From Verrucomicrobiota bacterium (GTDB lineage Bacteria; Verrucomicrobiota; Verrucomicrobiia; Limisphaerales; Palsa-1400), in contig JBEKYR010000003.1 of the NCBI GenBank assembly GCA_049510745.1, positions 189,269 to 253,268 of the forward strand: DNA of 64,000 nt. Direction: 5' to 3'. The position numbers and the translations under genes were made by a program. The notes beneath the pieces are model-generated. The model did no database searches. It worked only from the letters and a program-made list of their open reading frames with translations, and was not told where the DNA came from. Positions 1 through 8,033 of the stretch are shown one piece after another. Position 1 is the first letter of the stretch; each line of letters opens with the position of its first letter.

Positions 1-2
1 GC

Positions 3-278
3 GGGCACAACGAGTGGGCCAATATCCGCATTGTCGAACTGATCTGCGATCTCATGGACGAGTTGGCACCGCACTTGGGCGGCAACTCCCGCCGTCTGAT
101 CACCTTTGTGCGGGACCGCCCCGGCCACGACCGCCGCTATGCCATCGACGCCGGCAAAATCGAACGGGAATTGGGATGGAAACCGGCGCATACTTTTCAG
201 AGCGGCTTGCGAGAAACAATTCAGTGGTATCTGGGCAACCAGGATTGGGTGCAGCGCGTCAAAAAACAGAAGAATTAG
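3..278 (+). CDS. rfbB: dTDP-glucose 4,6-dehydratase, C-terminal part (gene starts before the window)
   Basis: Open frame from position 3: [20 protein letters not shown]...[29 protein letters not shown]...[10 protein letters not shown], the typical RfbB/RmlB C-terminus. Confidence 0.93.
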   Translation, partial: GHNEWANIRIVELICDLMDELAPHLGGNSRRLITFVRDRPGHDRRYAIDAGKIERELGWKPAHTFQSGLRETIQWYLGNQDWVQRVKKQKN

Positions 279-289
279 ACCCGCCAGGC

Positions 290-306
290 TGTCGGAAAAC
301 CTTACA
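290..306 (+). promoter_or_regulatory. Candidate enhancer-binding-protein site (TGT-N11-ACA)
   Basis: TGTCGGAAAACCTTACA about 145 bp upstream of the sigma-54 motif at 450; spacing is typical of sigma-54 activator sites. Confidence 0.45.
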
Positions 307-448
307 GGTTTACAGCATCGAGGGGTTTCCCCGGCAATGCGGCCCGTAAATCGCAGTTGGCTCAAAAAAGACGTTAGCGATTGAACGTGAGTTGGATACA
401 AGGCAAACGCCCGCTCCGTGCCAGCCATTTCTCCGCCAAAAGAGAGTT

Positions 449-465
449 TTGGCACGATGATTGCG
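449..465 (+). promoter_or_regulatory. Sigma-54 (RpoN) -24/-12 promoter
   Basis: TTGGCACGATGATTGCG matches TGGCACG-N4-TTGC exactly, about 100 bp before the 563 start. Confidence 0.75.
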
Positions 466-562
466 GTAAAACCCCACGCGGGACCGTTGTTAACGGTGTT
501 TCCGGCTATTTCGCGGTAATTTTGTTTCATGCCCCGAGCAGAGACTAAAGGTTTGTAAGGAT

Positions 563-1552
563 ATGATCCTGTTATTAGGCGCCAGCGGATACGTTGGCAA
601 GACTTTCGCCAGCGAGTTGCGAAGGCGGGGCCATTCCTTTATCCCGCTGACCCGCCGCGCCTTCGACTACACGCGGTTTGATTTCCTGTTCGATTATCTT
701 CGCACCATGCGGCCGGTCTTTCTCGTCAACGCCGCCGGTTATGCGGGCAGCGGGAACGGACACGTGACGGCGGCAGAACGGGAGAAGATGATCGCGGCCA
801 ATGCCATCCTGCCGCAGATGATCGCCCGCGTCTGCCTGATGACCAACACCCCCTGGGGGCATGTGTCTTCAGGGTCGATCTATTGCGGCGCCAAAGTCCT
901 GCGCCGGGGAACGGTGGAAATTGAAAGACACCTCGGACGGCCCGATCTGCTCGACCTCTTTGAAACGCATCCCGAAAGGTTCCGCGGCTTTACGGAATGG
1001 GACGAGCCTAATTTCTCCTTCCGCTCCGCCCCGTGCGATTTCCACAGCGGAACCAGGGCTTTGGCGGAGGAAGCCATCCGCGACCTCGGTCAAAGTTACA
1101 TCTGGCGGCTGCGGCAACCCTTCAATGAGCGGGACGAACCCTGCAACTGGCTCTCCCAAGTGCGGCGCAACGACGAGGTTCATGACAACATTAACTCGTT
1201 TTCCCACCTGGAGGATTGCGTCAAAGCCTGCCTGGACCTCTGGGAAATACGGGCGCCCTTTGGCATTTACAATGTCACCAATCCCGGCGCCATGACCCTC
1301 CGCCACGCCGCCGCCGAGATGCAACGCATCGTCAAATCCGGTCCGCATGTGCTGCCGGGTGAAGAGCAGGAGACGGCCAAATCGCCCAGGTCCAACTGCA
1401 TCCTCGACGCCGCCAAGCTGCTCAAAACCGGCGTCAAGCTGCGCCCCCTTTCCGAGGCGTTTGAGGATTGCCTCGACCGGCTGCGTCTGACTTCGCGGAC
1501 GGCAAGAACATTCGATGCGGTTTCCAGATACCCGGCCCTGGCCTATCACTAG
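563..1552 (+). CDS. RmlD/RfbD-like NAD(P)-dependent sugar-nucleotide reductase/epimerase (SDR) with altered catalytic motif
   Basis: GASGYVG Rossmann motif, VNAAGY, HVSSGSIY, GIYNVTNPG, PRSNCILD; follows rfbB. The expected YxxxK reads HSGTR. Confidence 0.8.
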   Translation: MILLLGASGYVGKTFASELRRRGHSFIPLTRRAFDYTRFDFLFDYLRTMRPVFLVNAAGYAGSGNGHVTAAEREKMIAANAILPQMIARVCLMTNTPWGHVSSGSIYCGAKVLRRGTVEIERHLGRPDLLDLFETHPERFRGFTEWDEPNFSFRSAPCDFHSGTRALAEEAIRDLGQSYIWRLRQPFNERDEPCNWLSQVRRNDEVHDNINSFSHLEDCVKACLDLWEIRAPFGIYNVTNPGAMTLRHAAAEMQRIVKSGPHVLPGEEQETAKSPRSNCILDAAKLLKTGVKLRPLSEAFEDCLDRLRLTSRTARTFDAVSRYPALAYH

Positions 1553-1651
1553 GCGGGGGCGCAAGGGCCTCGCGGCCTCAACATAGTCGGTCGAAACTTC
1601 CCGGCGATGCCGGGCACGCCAGACCAATACCCGAAAGAAAAGAGTCATTCT

Positions 1652-2575
1652 ATGCCTGATCCTGAACCTGCCGTCCCTGCCCGCCTCGTTTTCCGCCGCC
1701 AACTGATCCTGCTGGCGGTGGTCGCGGGGCTGTTGCTCCTGTGCTTTGGCCGGCCATTGCTGCAATTGATCACGTTCTCGCTGCACGACGAATTGTTCTC
1801 GTACATCCCCCTGATTCCGTTCATCAGCGCCTATTTCATTTGGATCAACAGGCAACGTTTTGTGCCCGACCTCCTGCCTTGTTGGTTTGGGGCCATTTTT
1901 TTTGGCCTCGCCGGCTCGGCTCTCGTCACCGGGTATTGGATCGCGGCCCGGTCCGGGTGGCTGCCGGCGAAGCAGGATTACCTCTCATTGATGACGCTGT
2001 CCTTTCTTTGCTTTTTCTGGGGCGGCTGCCTGGCGCTGCTCGGATCGAAGATGCTGCGGCAGGTGCTCTTTCCCGCCGCCTTCCTTATCTTTGCCGTGCC
2101 GCTTCCGACGGTTTGGATGGCGCCCATCGACACGTTCTTCCAATACACCTCGGCCACCGCCGCCCAGGGGTTCTTCGGCCTCTACGGCACCCCGGTGCTC
2201 CGGGACGGACTGGACCTGCATTTGCCGGGTTTCGCCTTGACAGTCGCTCCTGAATGCAGTGGCATTCATTCCACTCTGGTTCTGTTTATGACCAGCTTTA
2301 TGGCGGGTTATTTGTTTTTGGATCGGTCCTGGCAACGCGCCCTTTTGGTGCTGGCGGTCGTCCCTTTGGCCATCCTCAGAAACGGTTTCCGCATTTTCGT
2401 CGTCGGCGAGTTGTGCGTTCATATCGGTCCCGATATGATCAACTCCCCCATCCATCGAAAAGGCGGGCCGATTTTCTTTGCCCTGTCGCTCATTCCGTTC
2501 TTGTTGTTTCTGGTTTTTCTGAGAAGACTCAACCCTGCTGCGCGGCCGCCGCTCAAACCGGAGCCGCAACCCTGA
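1652..2575 (+). CDS. Exosortase family protein (resembles the verrucomicrobial XrtC type)
   Basis: Multi-TM protein with Cys (VAPECSGIHS), Arg (ILRNGFRI) and His (SPIHRKGG) in exosortase triad order. Start may be 1607 or 1652. Confidence 0.85.
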   Translation: MPDPEPAVPARLVFRRQLILLAVVAGLLLLCFGRPLLQLITFSLHDELFSYIPLIPFISAYFIWINRQRFVPDLLPCWFGAIFFGLAGSALVTGYWIAARSGWLPAKQDYLSLMTLSFLCFFWGGCLALLGSKMLRQVLFPAAFLIFAVPLPTVWMAPIDTFFQYTSATAAQGFFGLYGTPVLRDGLDLHLPGFALTVAPECSGIHSTLVLFMTSFMAGYLFLDRSWQRALLVLAVVPLAILRNGFRIFVVGELCVHIGPDMINSPIHRKGGPIFFALSLIPFLLFLVFLRRLNPAARPPLKPEPQP

Positions 2576-2576
2576 T

Positions 2577-5500
2577 ATGATTATGAGGATGTTTCATCGT
2601 CAATGGCCTCGCTTCCTGGCGCTGGCCTTGTGCCTGGCGCTGGGTGCCGGATGCACCAAGGCCGCGCGGGCCAAAAGACTCTTGGCTTCCGCCGAACGCG
2701 ATTTTCAAACTCAACGCTACGATGCTGCGGAGGTCGAGTACGAAGCCGTGCTGCGCTTGTCGCCCCTCAATCCGGTGGCCATTCGCCAGTTGGGATTGAT
2801 CTATTTCGAGGAGGGCCAGATGCCCAAAGCCTACGCCTATTTGGTCAAATCCCACGAACAGGATGCAAAGAATCCCGGCGTCCAACTCAAACTGGCGCAA
2901 ATCTATCTCGGCGCCGGAAAGGCCGCCGAAGCGGCGGACCTGGCCCAAACGTACTTGCAAACTGACCCCACCAATGAGCACGCCCTCCTGGTTCTGGTCG
3001 ATTCGGCCCGTTCCTCCGCTGCTTTGGCCACTGTTCGCAGCCAGATTGAAGAATGGGCGCACGGGGGCAAAGACGCCGCCGCCTATCACGCGGCTCTGGG
3101 CTGGATCGATTTGCGGCAACAAAAAACGGCCGACGCGGAAATCGAATTGCAAACAGCCCTGCGCCTGGATCCCAAGCTCAGTACCGCTCACCTCGGCATG
3201 GCCAGCGTCTATTTCGCCCGCAAAGACACCAATAACCTGGCGCAGGCGCTCAAGACGGCGGCCGACTTGTCTCCTCCTCGTTCTTCCACCCGGCTCAAAT
3301 ACGTGGAATACAAGCTGCAATTCGGCCCCGCGGACGAAGCCAAACAAATCCTGGAAGACATTACCCGCCAGGCCCCTGACTATATTCCGGCCTGGAACCA
3401 CCTGATGAAGATCGCCTACTCCGAGCGCAAATACGATGACTGCGCCGCCTGCGTGGCCAAAATCCTCGCCCGCGACCCCTCCAACATGGACGCCCTCCTG
3501 CAATCCGGAAACCTGGCCCTGGCCAGACACAAGGTCGCCGACGCCGTCAGCCAGTTCGAACGCCTCGACGCCAACGTCAATCGAAAGGCGCCGCAGGTCA
3601 AGTACTATCTGGCCCTGGCTTATTTGCTCAACGGGGAGACGGCCAAAGCGACGGCCAGCCTCCGCGCCGCCCTGGCCTTGGAGCGCGGTTACGCTCCCGC
3701 CCTCCTTCTGCTGGCGGAACTGGACGTTCGCGCCGGCGATTCGCCCGAAGCGGTCACGCTCCTGACCCAGTTGATCAAGAGCCAGCCTGAGAACGTCCAG
3801 GCGCATTTGCTTCTGGCCCAGGCTTATTTGGCCCTGCGGCAGATCGATCAAGCCTTGGTAGTCTATGTCCGCATGGCCCGGTCCTTTCCCAGGAACGCCC
3901 AAATCCCGTTCTTGATCGGCCGCGTTTATGAAAGCCAGGGAGACATCGCCCACGCGCGCGAAGCCTATGAGAGGTCGCTCGTGTTGCAACCGGGTTACTT
4001 GGCCGCTTTGGAGAACATTACGGACCTGGACTTGGCCGCACAGCGCTTTGACGACGCCGATGCGCGGGTGACGGAGGAAATAAAAAGAACTCCAAAGGCG
4101 GCTGAACCCTGGCTCTTGCAGGGGCGCATCCGCTGGGCTCAAGGGCAGACCAACGAGGCGGAGTCGGCCATGTCCAAGGCCGTGGGACTCAACCCGGATT
4201 ACCCCCCGGCTTACCTGGCCCTGGCTCAATTCTACCTGGCGGCCCACGAGGAAGAGCAGGCCTTGGATCGCTTGAACCGTTTGGTCGCCAAAACCAACGA
4301 TGCCACCGCCCTGATCGAGATCGGCATGATCCATCAGGAACAGCGCCAGTTCGAACCGGCCCGCGCCGCCTACGAAAAGGCGCTCGCTGTCAACCCTAAA
4401 TTATCCGCGGCCTTGAACAACCTCGCCTACTTGTACTCCGAATTCCTCGGCAACCTCGACCGCGCCGCCCAACTGGCCCAATCGGCCCGGGACCTGCAAC
4501 CCTTCAGCCCCTACACGGCCGACACCTTGGGCTGGATTCTCTTCAAGCAAGGCCAATACCCTCGCGCCCTCACCCTCCTGCAGGAGAGCGAGGAAAAACA
4601 GCCCAACGATCCCGAAGTGGCCATGCACCTGGGCATGGCCTACTACATGATGGAGGAGGAAGACCTCGCCCGCCTCTATTTGCAGCGCGCGGTGGACAGC
4701 CGCACGGACTTCCCCGCCAAGGAGCAGGCGCGCCAATGCCTGGCCTTCCTGGCCATCGACCCGCAGAAGGCCACTCCCGCCATGATTGATGACTTGCAAA
4801 AGCGAGTGCATGAGAACCCCCACGACCCCATACCCCTGACGCGCCTGGCCGCCATCCAGGAGCGCCAGGGCGAGTTGGATAAAGCCTCCCAAGCCTATCA
4901 ATCCCTCATCCAGCAAAACCCCCGGGATTTGCAGGCCATCATCAAGCTGGCGCGGCTCTCTGCCGGACCGCTCAAAGACCCCCGCAAAGCGCTGACCCTG
5001 GCCAAGTCAGCCCATGACTTGGCGCCCAATGATCCCCGCGCCGCCAGCCTGCTCGGCGAGTTGGTCTTTCAAAGCGGCGATTATCCCTGGGCTTTGAGCC
5101 TGCTGAAAGAAGCGGCCAATCAATTGACCAATCAACCCACTGTGCTCTACGACCTTGCCTGGGCCTATTATGCCGCCGGCCGCGCCGCCGAGGCGGATGC
5201 CAACATGGAAGCGGCCGTCGCTTTCAGCAACGCCCTGCCCACCCTGGAGGACGCCCGGCAATTTCTCGCCCTGCGAGCCGCCGTCAAAGACCCGGCCCAG
5301 GCGCGCGCGGCCGGCGCGCAAGCGCAAAGCATTCTGCAGAAACAGCCCCGCTATCTGCCCGCTCTCATGGTCTCGGCTCTGTTGGACGAGCAGCAGGGCG
5401 CCTCCAAAGAAGCCGCCGACATCTATACGCAAGTCCTTAACGACTATCCGCTCTTCACCCCGGCCCTGCGCCAATTGGCCATCCTCTACACCCGCAGCGG

Positions 5501-5810
5501 GGAGAATGACAACAAGGCCTATGACCTGGCGGAGAAGGCCCGCAGCGCCGCGCCTGATGATTTCGAGCTGGAGCGGGCCTTGGGTATTCTGGCCTGCCGC
5601 CGGGGCGACGCCACCCGGTCGGCGCAGTTATTGCAGGGGAGCGCGCAGAAATTCCCCGACGACGCCGAGTTGCTCTACTATTTGGGCCTCGATTTCTACA
5701 AACTCAAGCAGCCCAAGGAATGCAAGCAGACCTTGCAGCGCGCCCTGGCCCTGAACCTGCCGGACAAACTGGCGGGCGAAGCCCGGCGCATTCTGGCGCA
5801 GTTGAAGTGA
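2577..5810 (+). CDS. Large TPR-repeat lipoprotein (PrsT-like, exosortase-associated)
   Basis: Lipobox LGAGC, many TPR units, and a NNLAYLY...DTLGWILF segment typical of PrsT-like proteins; starts right after the exosortase stop. Confidence 0.85.
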   Translation: MIMRMFHRQWPRFLALALCLALGAGCTKAARAKRLLASAERDFQTQRYDAAEVEYEAVLRLSPLNPVAIRQLGLIYFEEGQMPKAYAYLVKSHEQDAKNPGVQLKLAQIYLGAGKAAEAADLAQTYLQTDPTNEHALLVLVDSARSSAALATVRSQIEEWAHGGKDAAAYHAALGWIDLRQQKTADAEIELQTALRLDPKLSTAHLGMASVYFARKDTNNLAQALKTAADLSPPRSSTRLKYVEYKLQFGPADEAKQILEDITRQAPDYIPAWNHLMKIAYSERKYDDCAACVAKILARDPSNMDALLQSGNLALARHKVADAVSQFERLDANVNRKAPQVKYYLALAYLLNGETAKATASLRAALALERGYAPALLLLAELDVRAGDSPEAVTLLTQLIKSQPENVQAHLLLAQAYLALRQIDQALVVYVRMARSFPRNAQIPFLIGRVYESQGDIAHAREAYERSLVLQPGYLAALENITDLDLAAQRFDDADARVTEEIKRTPKAAEPWLLQGRIRWAQGQTNEAESAMSKAVGLNPDYPPAYLALAQFYLAAHEEEQALDRLNRLVAKTNDATALIEIGMIHQEQRQFEPARAAYEKALAVNPKLSAALNNLAYLYSEFLGNLDRAAQLAQSARDLQPFSPYTADTLGWILFKQGQYPRALTLLQESEEKQPNDPEVAMHLGMAYYMMEEEDLARLYLQRAVDSRTDFPAKEQARQCLAFLAIDPQKATPAMIDDLQKRVHENPHDPIPLTRLAAIQERQGELDKASQAYQSLIQQNPRDLQAIIKLARLSAGPLKDPRKALTLAKSAHDLAPNDPRAASLLGELVFQSGDYPWALSLLKEAANQLTNQPTVLYDLAWAYYAAGRAAEADANMEAAVAFSNALPTLEDARQFLALRAAVKDPAQARAAGAQAQSILQKQPRYLPALMVSALLDEQQGASKEAADIYTQVLNDYPLFTPALRQLAILYTRSGENDNKAYDLAEKARSAAPDDFELERALGILACRRGDATRSAQLLQGSAQKFPDDAELLYYLGLDFYKLKQPKECKQTLQRALALNLPDKLAGEARRILAQLK

Positions 5811-5817
5811 CCGGCCC

Positions 5818-6378
5818 TCATTTCATGACCAGCCGGTAAAAGCGCATCTTCAGGTTGGCGCCCTGCGGGTCTTGATACTGCACCCACCCGTTGGTCGTGG
5901 CCGATGTCTGCCAGATGGTGCTCCAGGTTCTTAGATTGACAGAAGCCTGAACCTGGTAGGAGTGGCCCGGAGCGACGGGAAAGCTGATTTCGGCCGGCGA
6001 CCGCAACTGCGCTTTGGGCGCCACGTTGAGAATTCCCGGAACGATATAGGAAATCTCGTTGGACGGCGGGCTTTCGACCTCGTGCGCGTTATAGGCCTTG
6101 ACAATTATATAATTGGTCTGGCCCTCCCGCAACCCGGAGATCGTGATGCTCGTGTTCGTTCCGGCATTCTTCTGCCCGGTGTAATCGCCGCTGCTCTCAC
6201 CGTAATAGACCATGTAACCGGCCACGTTCTTGTCCGGGCTGGGATTCCACACCACCGACAGCGTTTGCGCCGCTTGTGTCCGCCAACAAAACACCAGCAG
6301 CAACGCCAGGGCCGCGGCCAACGTCCGCCCCTGCCCGGTTCTGGCGCTGCTTGAGTTTTTTGTTGCATTCCCATCCAT
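5818..6378 (-). CDS. Secreted fibronectin type III domain protein with RFYR-type C-terminal domain
   Basis: Signal peptide, then WNPSPDKNVAGYMVYYG...GLREGQTNYIIVKAYN..ESPPSNE (FN3), ending YQVQASVNLRTW...RFYRLVMK. Confidence 0.8.
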   Translation of the reverse strand: MDGNATKNSSSARTGQGRTLAAALALLLVFCWRTQAAQTLSVVWNPSPDKNVAGYMVYYGESSGDYTGQKNAGTNTSITISGLREGQTNYIIVKAYNAHEVESPPSNEISYIVPGILNVAPKAQLRSPAEISFPVAPGHSYQVQASVNLRTWSTIWQTSATTNGWVQYQDPQGANLKMRFYRLVMK

Positions 6379-6391
6379 ACGCCTTTGCTCT

Positions 6392-6408
6392 TGCACCGGC
6401 CATGCCAA
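6392..6408 (-). promoter_or_regulatory. Candidate sigma-54 promoter for the FN3 gene
   Basis: Minus strand TTGGCATGGCCGGTGCA has GG-N10-GC spacing just upstream of the 6378 ATG. Confidence 0.45.
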
Positions 6409-6778
6409 CCCTGGCACGTTTTCGCGCTCGCATTTTTGGGGGAATTACGTCTCGGATTTGCGAAGCGATTCCTCCGCTCCAGCCGCCTTCGCCAAACGTC
6501 CCAAGCGCTTCATTTTGAGCGAATTAGGCGATGGCGCAGGCGGAGGGCGCACGGGGCCGCGGGCGGCTCGGATTACCCCCTGCAGCTTTGCGAATTTATT
6601 ATTTTTTTTGGAGCGCTGGACGCTCCTTTGGAGTGTCCTCCCACCATCCACCGCGCGGGGGCTTTTCCATTTCTTGGACAAATTATCTTGCAACTTTGCG
6701 CCGGGCCTTCTTGACTTTAGTCCGTCAATCCTGAACCTTTTGTCTGGCGCCCTTGGCGGCGCTGGAAGGAGAAAAAAA

Positions 6779-7435
6779 ATGTTGAACCGTATGAATCAGA
6801 AAATGAATCGCGCCGGCCTCACCGTCCTGGCGCTCTCGCTGTGGGCGGCCCTCCTGGGGTGTCAGAGCACCACTCCAACCCCTCCGCCCCATTCGCCCGG
6901 CGCTGCAACCTCCGCCGCCCAGCCCGCGGCCCATCCGGAGTCCCTTCTTTTGCAGGAGGGCGATGCCATTCATATCTCCTTTCCCGGCGCGCCCAATCTC
7001 AATTCCCTTCAGACCATCAGGCGGGACGGCAAGATCACCCTCGATCTGGTGGGAGAAGTCAACGCCGCCGGCCTGACGCCGCGCGGCCTGGAGGAGGAAC
7101 TGATCAAAAAGTTCGGCGATCAACTCGTCGTCAAGGAAGTCTCCGTCACCGTCCAGTCCTCCACTTTTATTGTTTATGTGACAGGCTGCGTCCTCAAGCC
7201 GGGCAAGCTCATTTCCGACCGCCCCCTCAGCCCGCTTCAGGCCGTCATCGAGGCGGGCATCGACCATGACAAGGCCAATTTAAAGGCGGTCACCGTCATT
7301 CGCGACACCGACAACGGTCAACGGCAGCAGTTCAAACTCAATCTGAGCAAGGAATTGCGGGGCCAGCCGACTGAGACTTTTACCCTCAAACCGCTTGATG
7401 TCATTTTCGTTCCCGAAAAATTCAACTGGTTTTAG
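6779..7435 (+). CDS. Polysaccharide biosynthesis/export lipoprotein (Wza/OPX-like, short)
   Basis: AAGGAG RBS before ATG 6779; lipobox LLGC; Poly_export motif LQEGDAIHISF...IRRDGKITLDLVGEVNAAGLT followed by an SLBB-like domain. Confidence 0.85.
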   Translation: MLNRMNQKMNRAGLTVLALSLWAALLGCQSTTPTPPPHSPGAATSAAQPAAHPESLLLQEGDAIHISFPGAPNLNSLQTIRRDGKITLDLVGEVNAAGLTPRGLEEELIKKFGDQLVVKEVSVTVQSSTFIVYVTGCVLKPGKLISDRPLSPLQAVIEAGIDHDKANLKAVTVIRDTDNGQRQQFKLNLSKELRGQPTETFTLKPLDVIFVPEKFNWF

Positions 7436-7450
7436 CCGCCCTCCACCCCG

Positions 7451-7912
7451 TCAGATCATGTAATCCAGAACCGACGCCGGCGCCTGCTCCAGGCGCCGCG
7501 CCCGTTCGCACAAATCCGCCACCGTCACCCGTTCCATGATCTGCACCACCGCCTGGCGCACTTCCTTCATCACTTCCCGGATCGGGCACCGCGCTTCATC
7601 CGGGCAGGTGCAGCGCTCGTAAAACCGGTCGCTCACGCAACTGACCGGCGCCAGCGCCCCCTCCACGTGCCGCACCACCGACGCCAGGGTGATGTGTTGC
7701 GGCGGCCGCGCCAGACGGTAGCCCCCGGCCGCCCCCCGCCGGCTTTCCACCGCTCCCATCGCTTTCAAGTCGTTAAGGATTTGTTCCAGGAACTTCTTCG
7801 GAATGTTTTGCTCCCGCGAAACGGCATCGATGCGCACGACGCCCTCGCCATAATGGAGACCCAAAACCAATAACGCCCTCAAAGCATATTCTCCCCGCAC
7901 AGAAAGTTTCAT
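7451..7912 (-). CDS. Rrf2 family transcriptional regulator (CymR/IscR-like)
   Basis: MKLSVRGEYALRAL...IPKKFLEQIL...SRRGAAGGYRLAR; Cys cluster SCVS...CTCPDEARC; divergent from the sulfate operon. Confidence 0.92.
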   Translation of the reverse strand: MKLSVRGEYALRALLVLGLHYGEGVVRIDAVSREQNIPKKFLEQILNDLKAMGAVESRRGAAGGYRLARPPQHITLASVVRHVEGALAPVSCVSDRFYERCTCPDEARCPIREVMKEVRQAVVQIMERVTVADLCERARRLEQAPASVLDYMI

Positions 7913-7987
7913 TTGAATGAATCATATCAATTCTAGTAATTCGGTCAAGATTAACGGCGGATTCCCGGGTGATAAAAAAGAATTTAA

Positions 7988-8024
7988 AAATCCCTATTGA
8001 CGCGATAGGGATTTCTGCTATTGT
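7988..8024 (+). promoter_or_regulatory. Rrf2-type operator palindrome overlapping a sigma-70 promoter of the sulfate operon
   Basis: Perfect inverted repeat AAATCCCTAT-N7-ATAGGGATTT (7988-8014) contains TTGACG (-35); TGCTATTGT (extended -10) follows. Confidence 0.7.
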
Positions 8025-8033
8025 CGCCGAAAT

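Noticed and set aside
2553..4334. 593-aa minus-strand ORF and other long antisense or alternate-frame ORFs (e.g. 8367-9356, 15492-16835, 21991-23181, 55024-56496)
   Set aside because: Shadows of well-supported genes in GC-rich DNA; no recognisable motifs.
6674..6692. Sigma-54 promoter for the Wza-like gene (TGGACAAATTATCTTGC)
   Set aside because: GG-to-GC spacing is 12, not the required 10.
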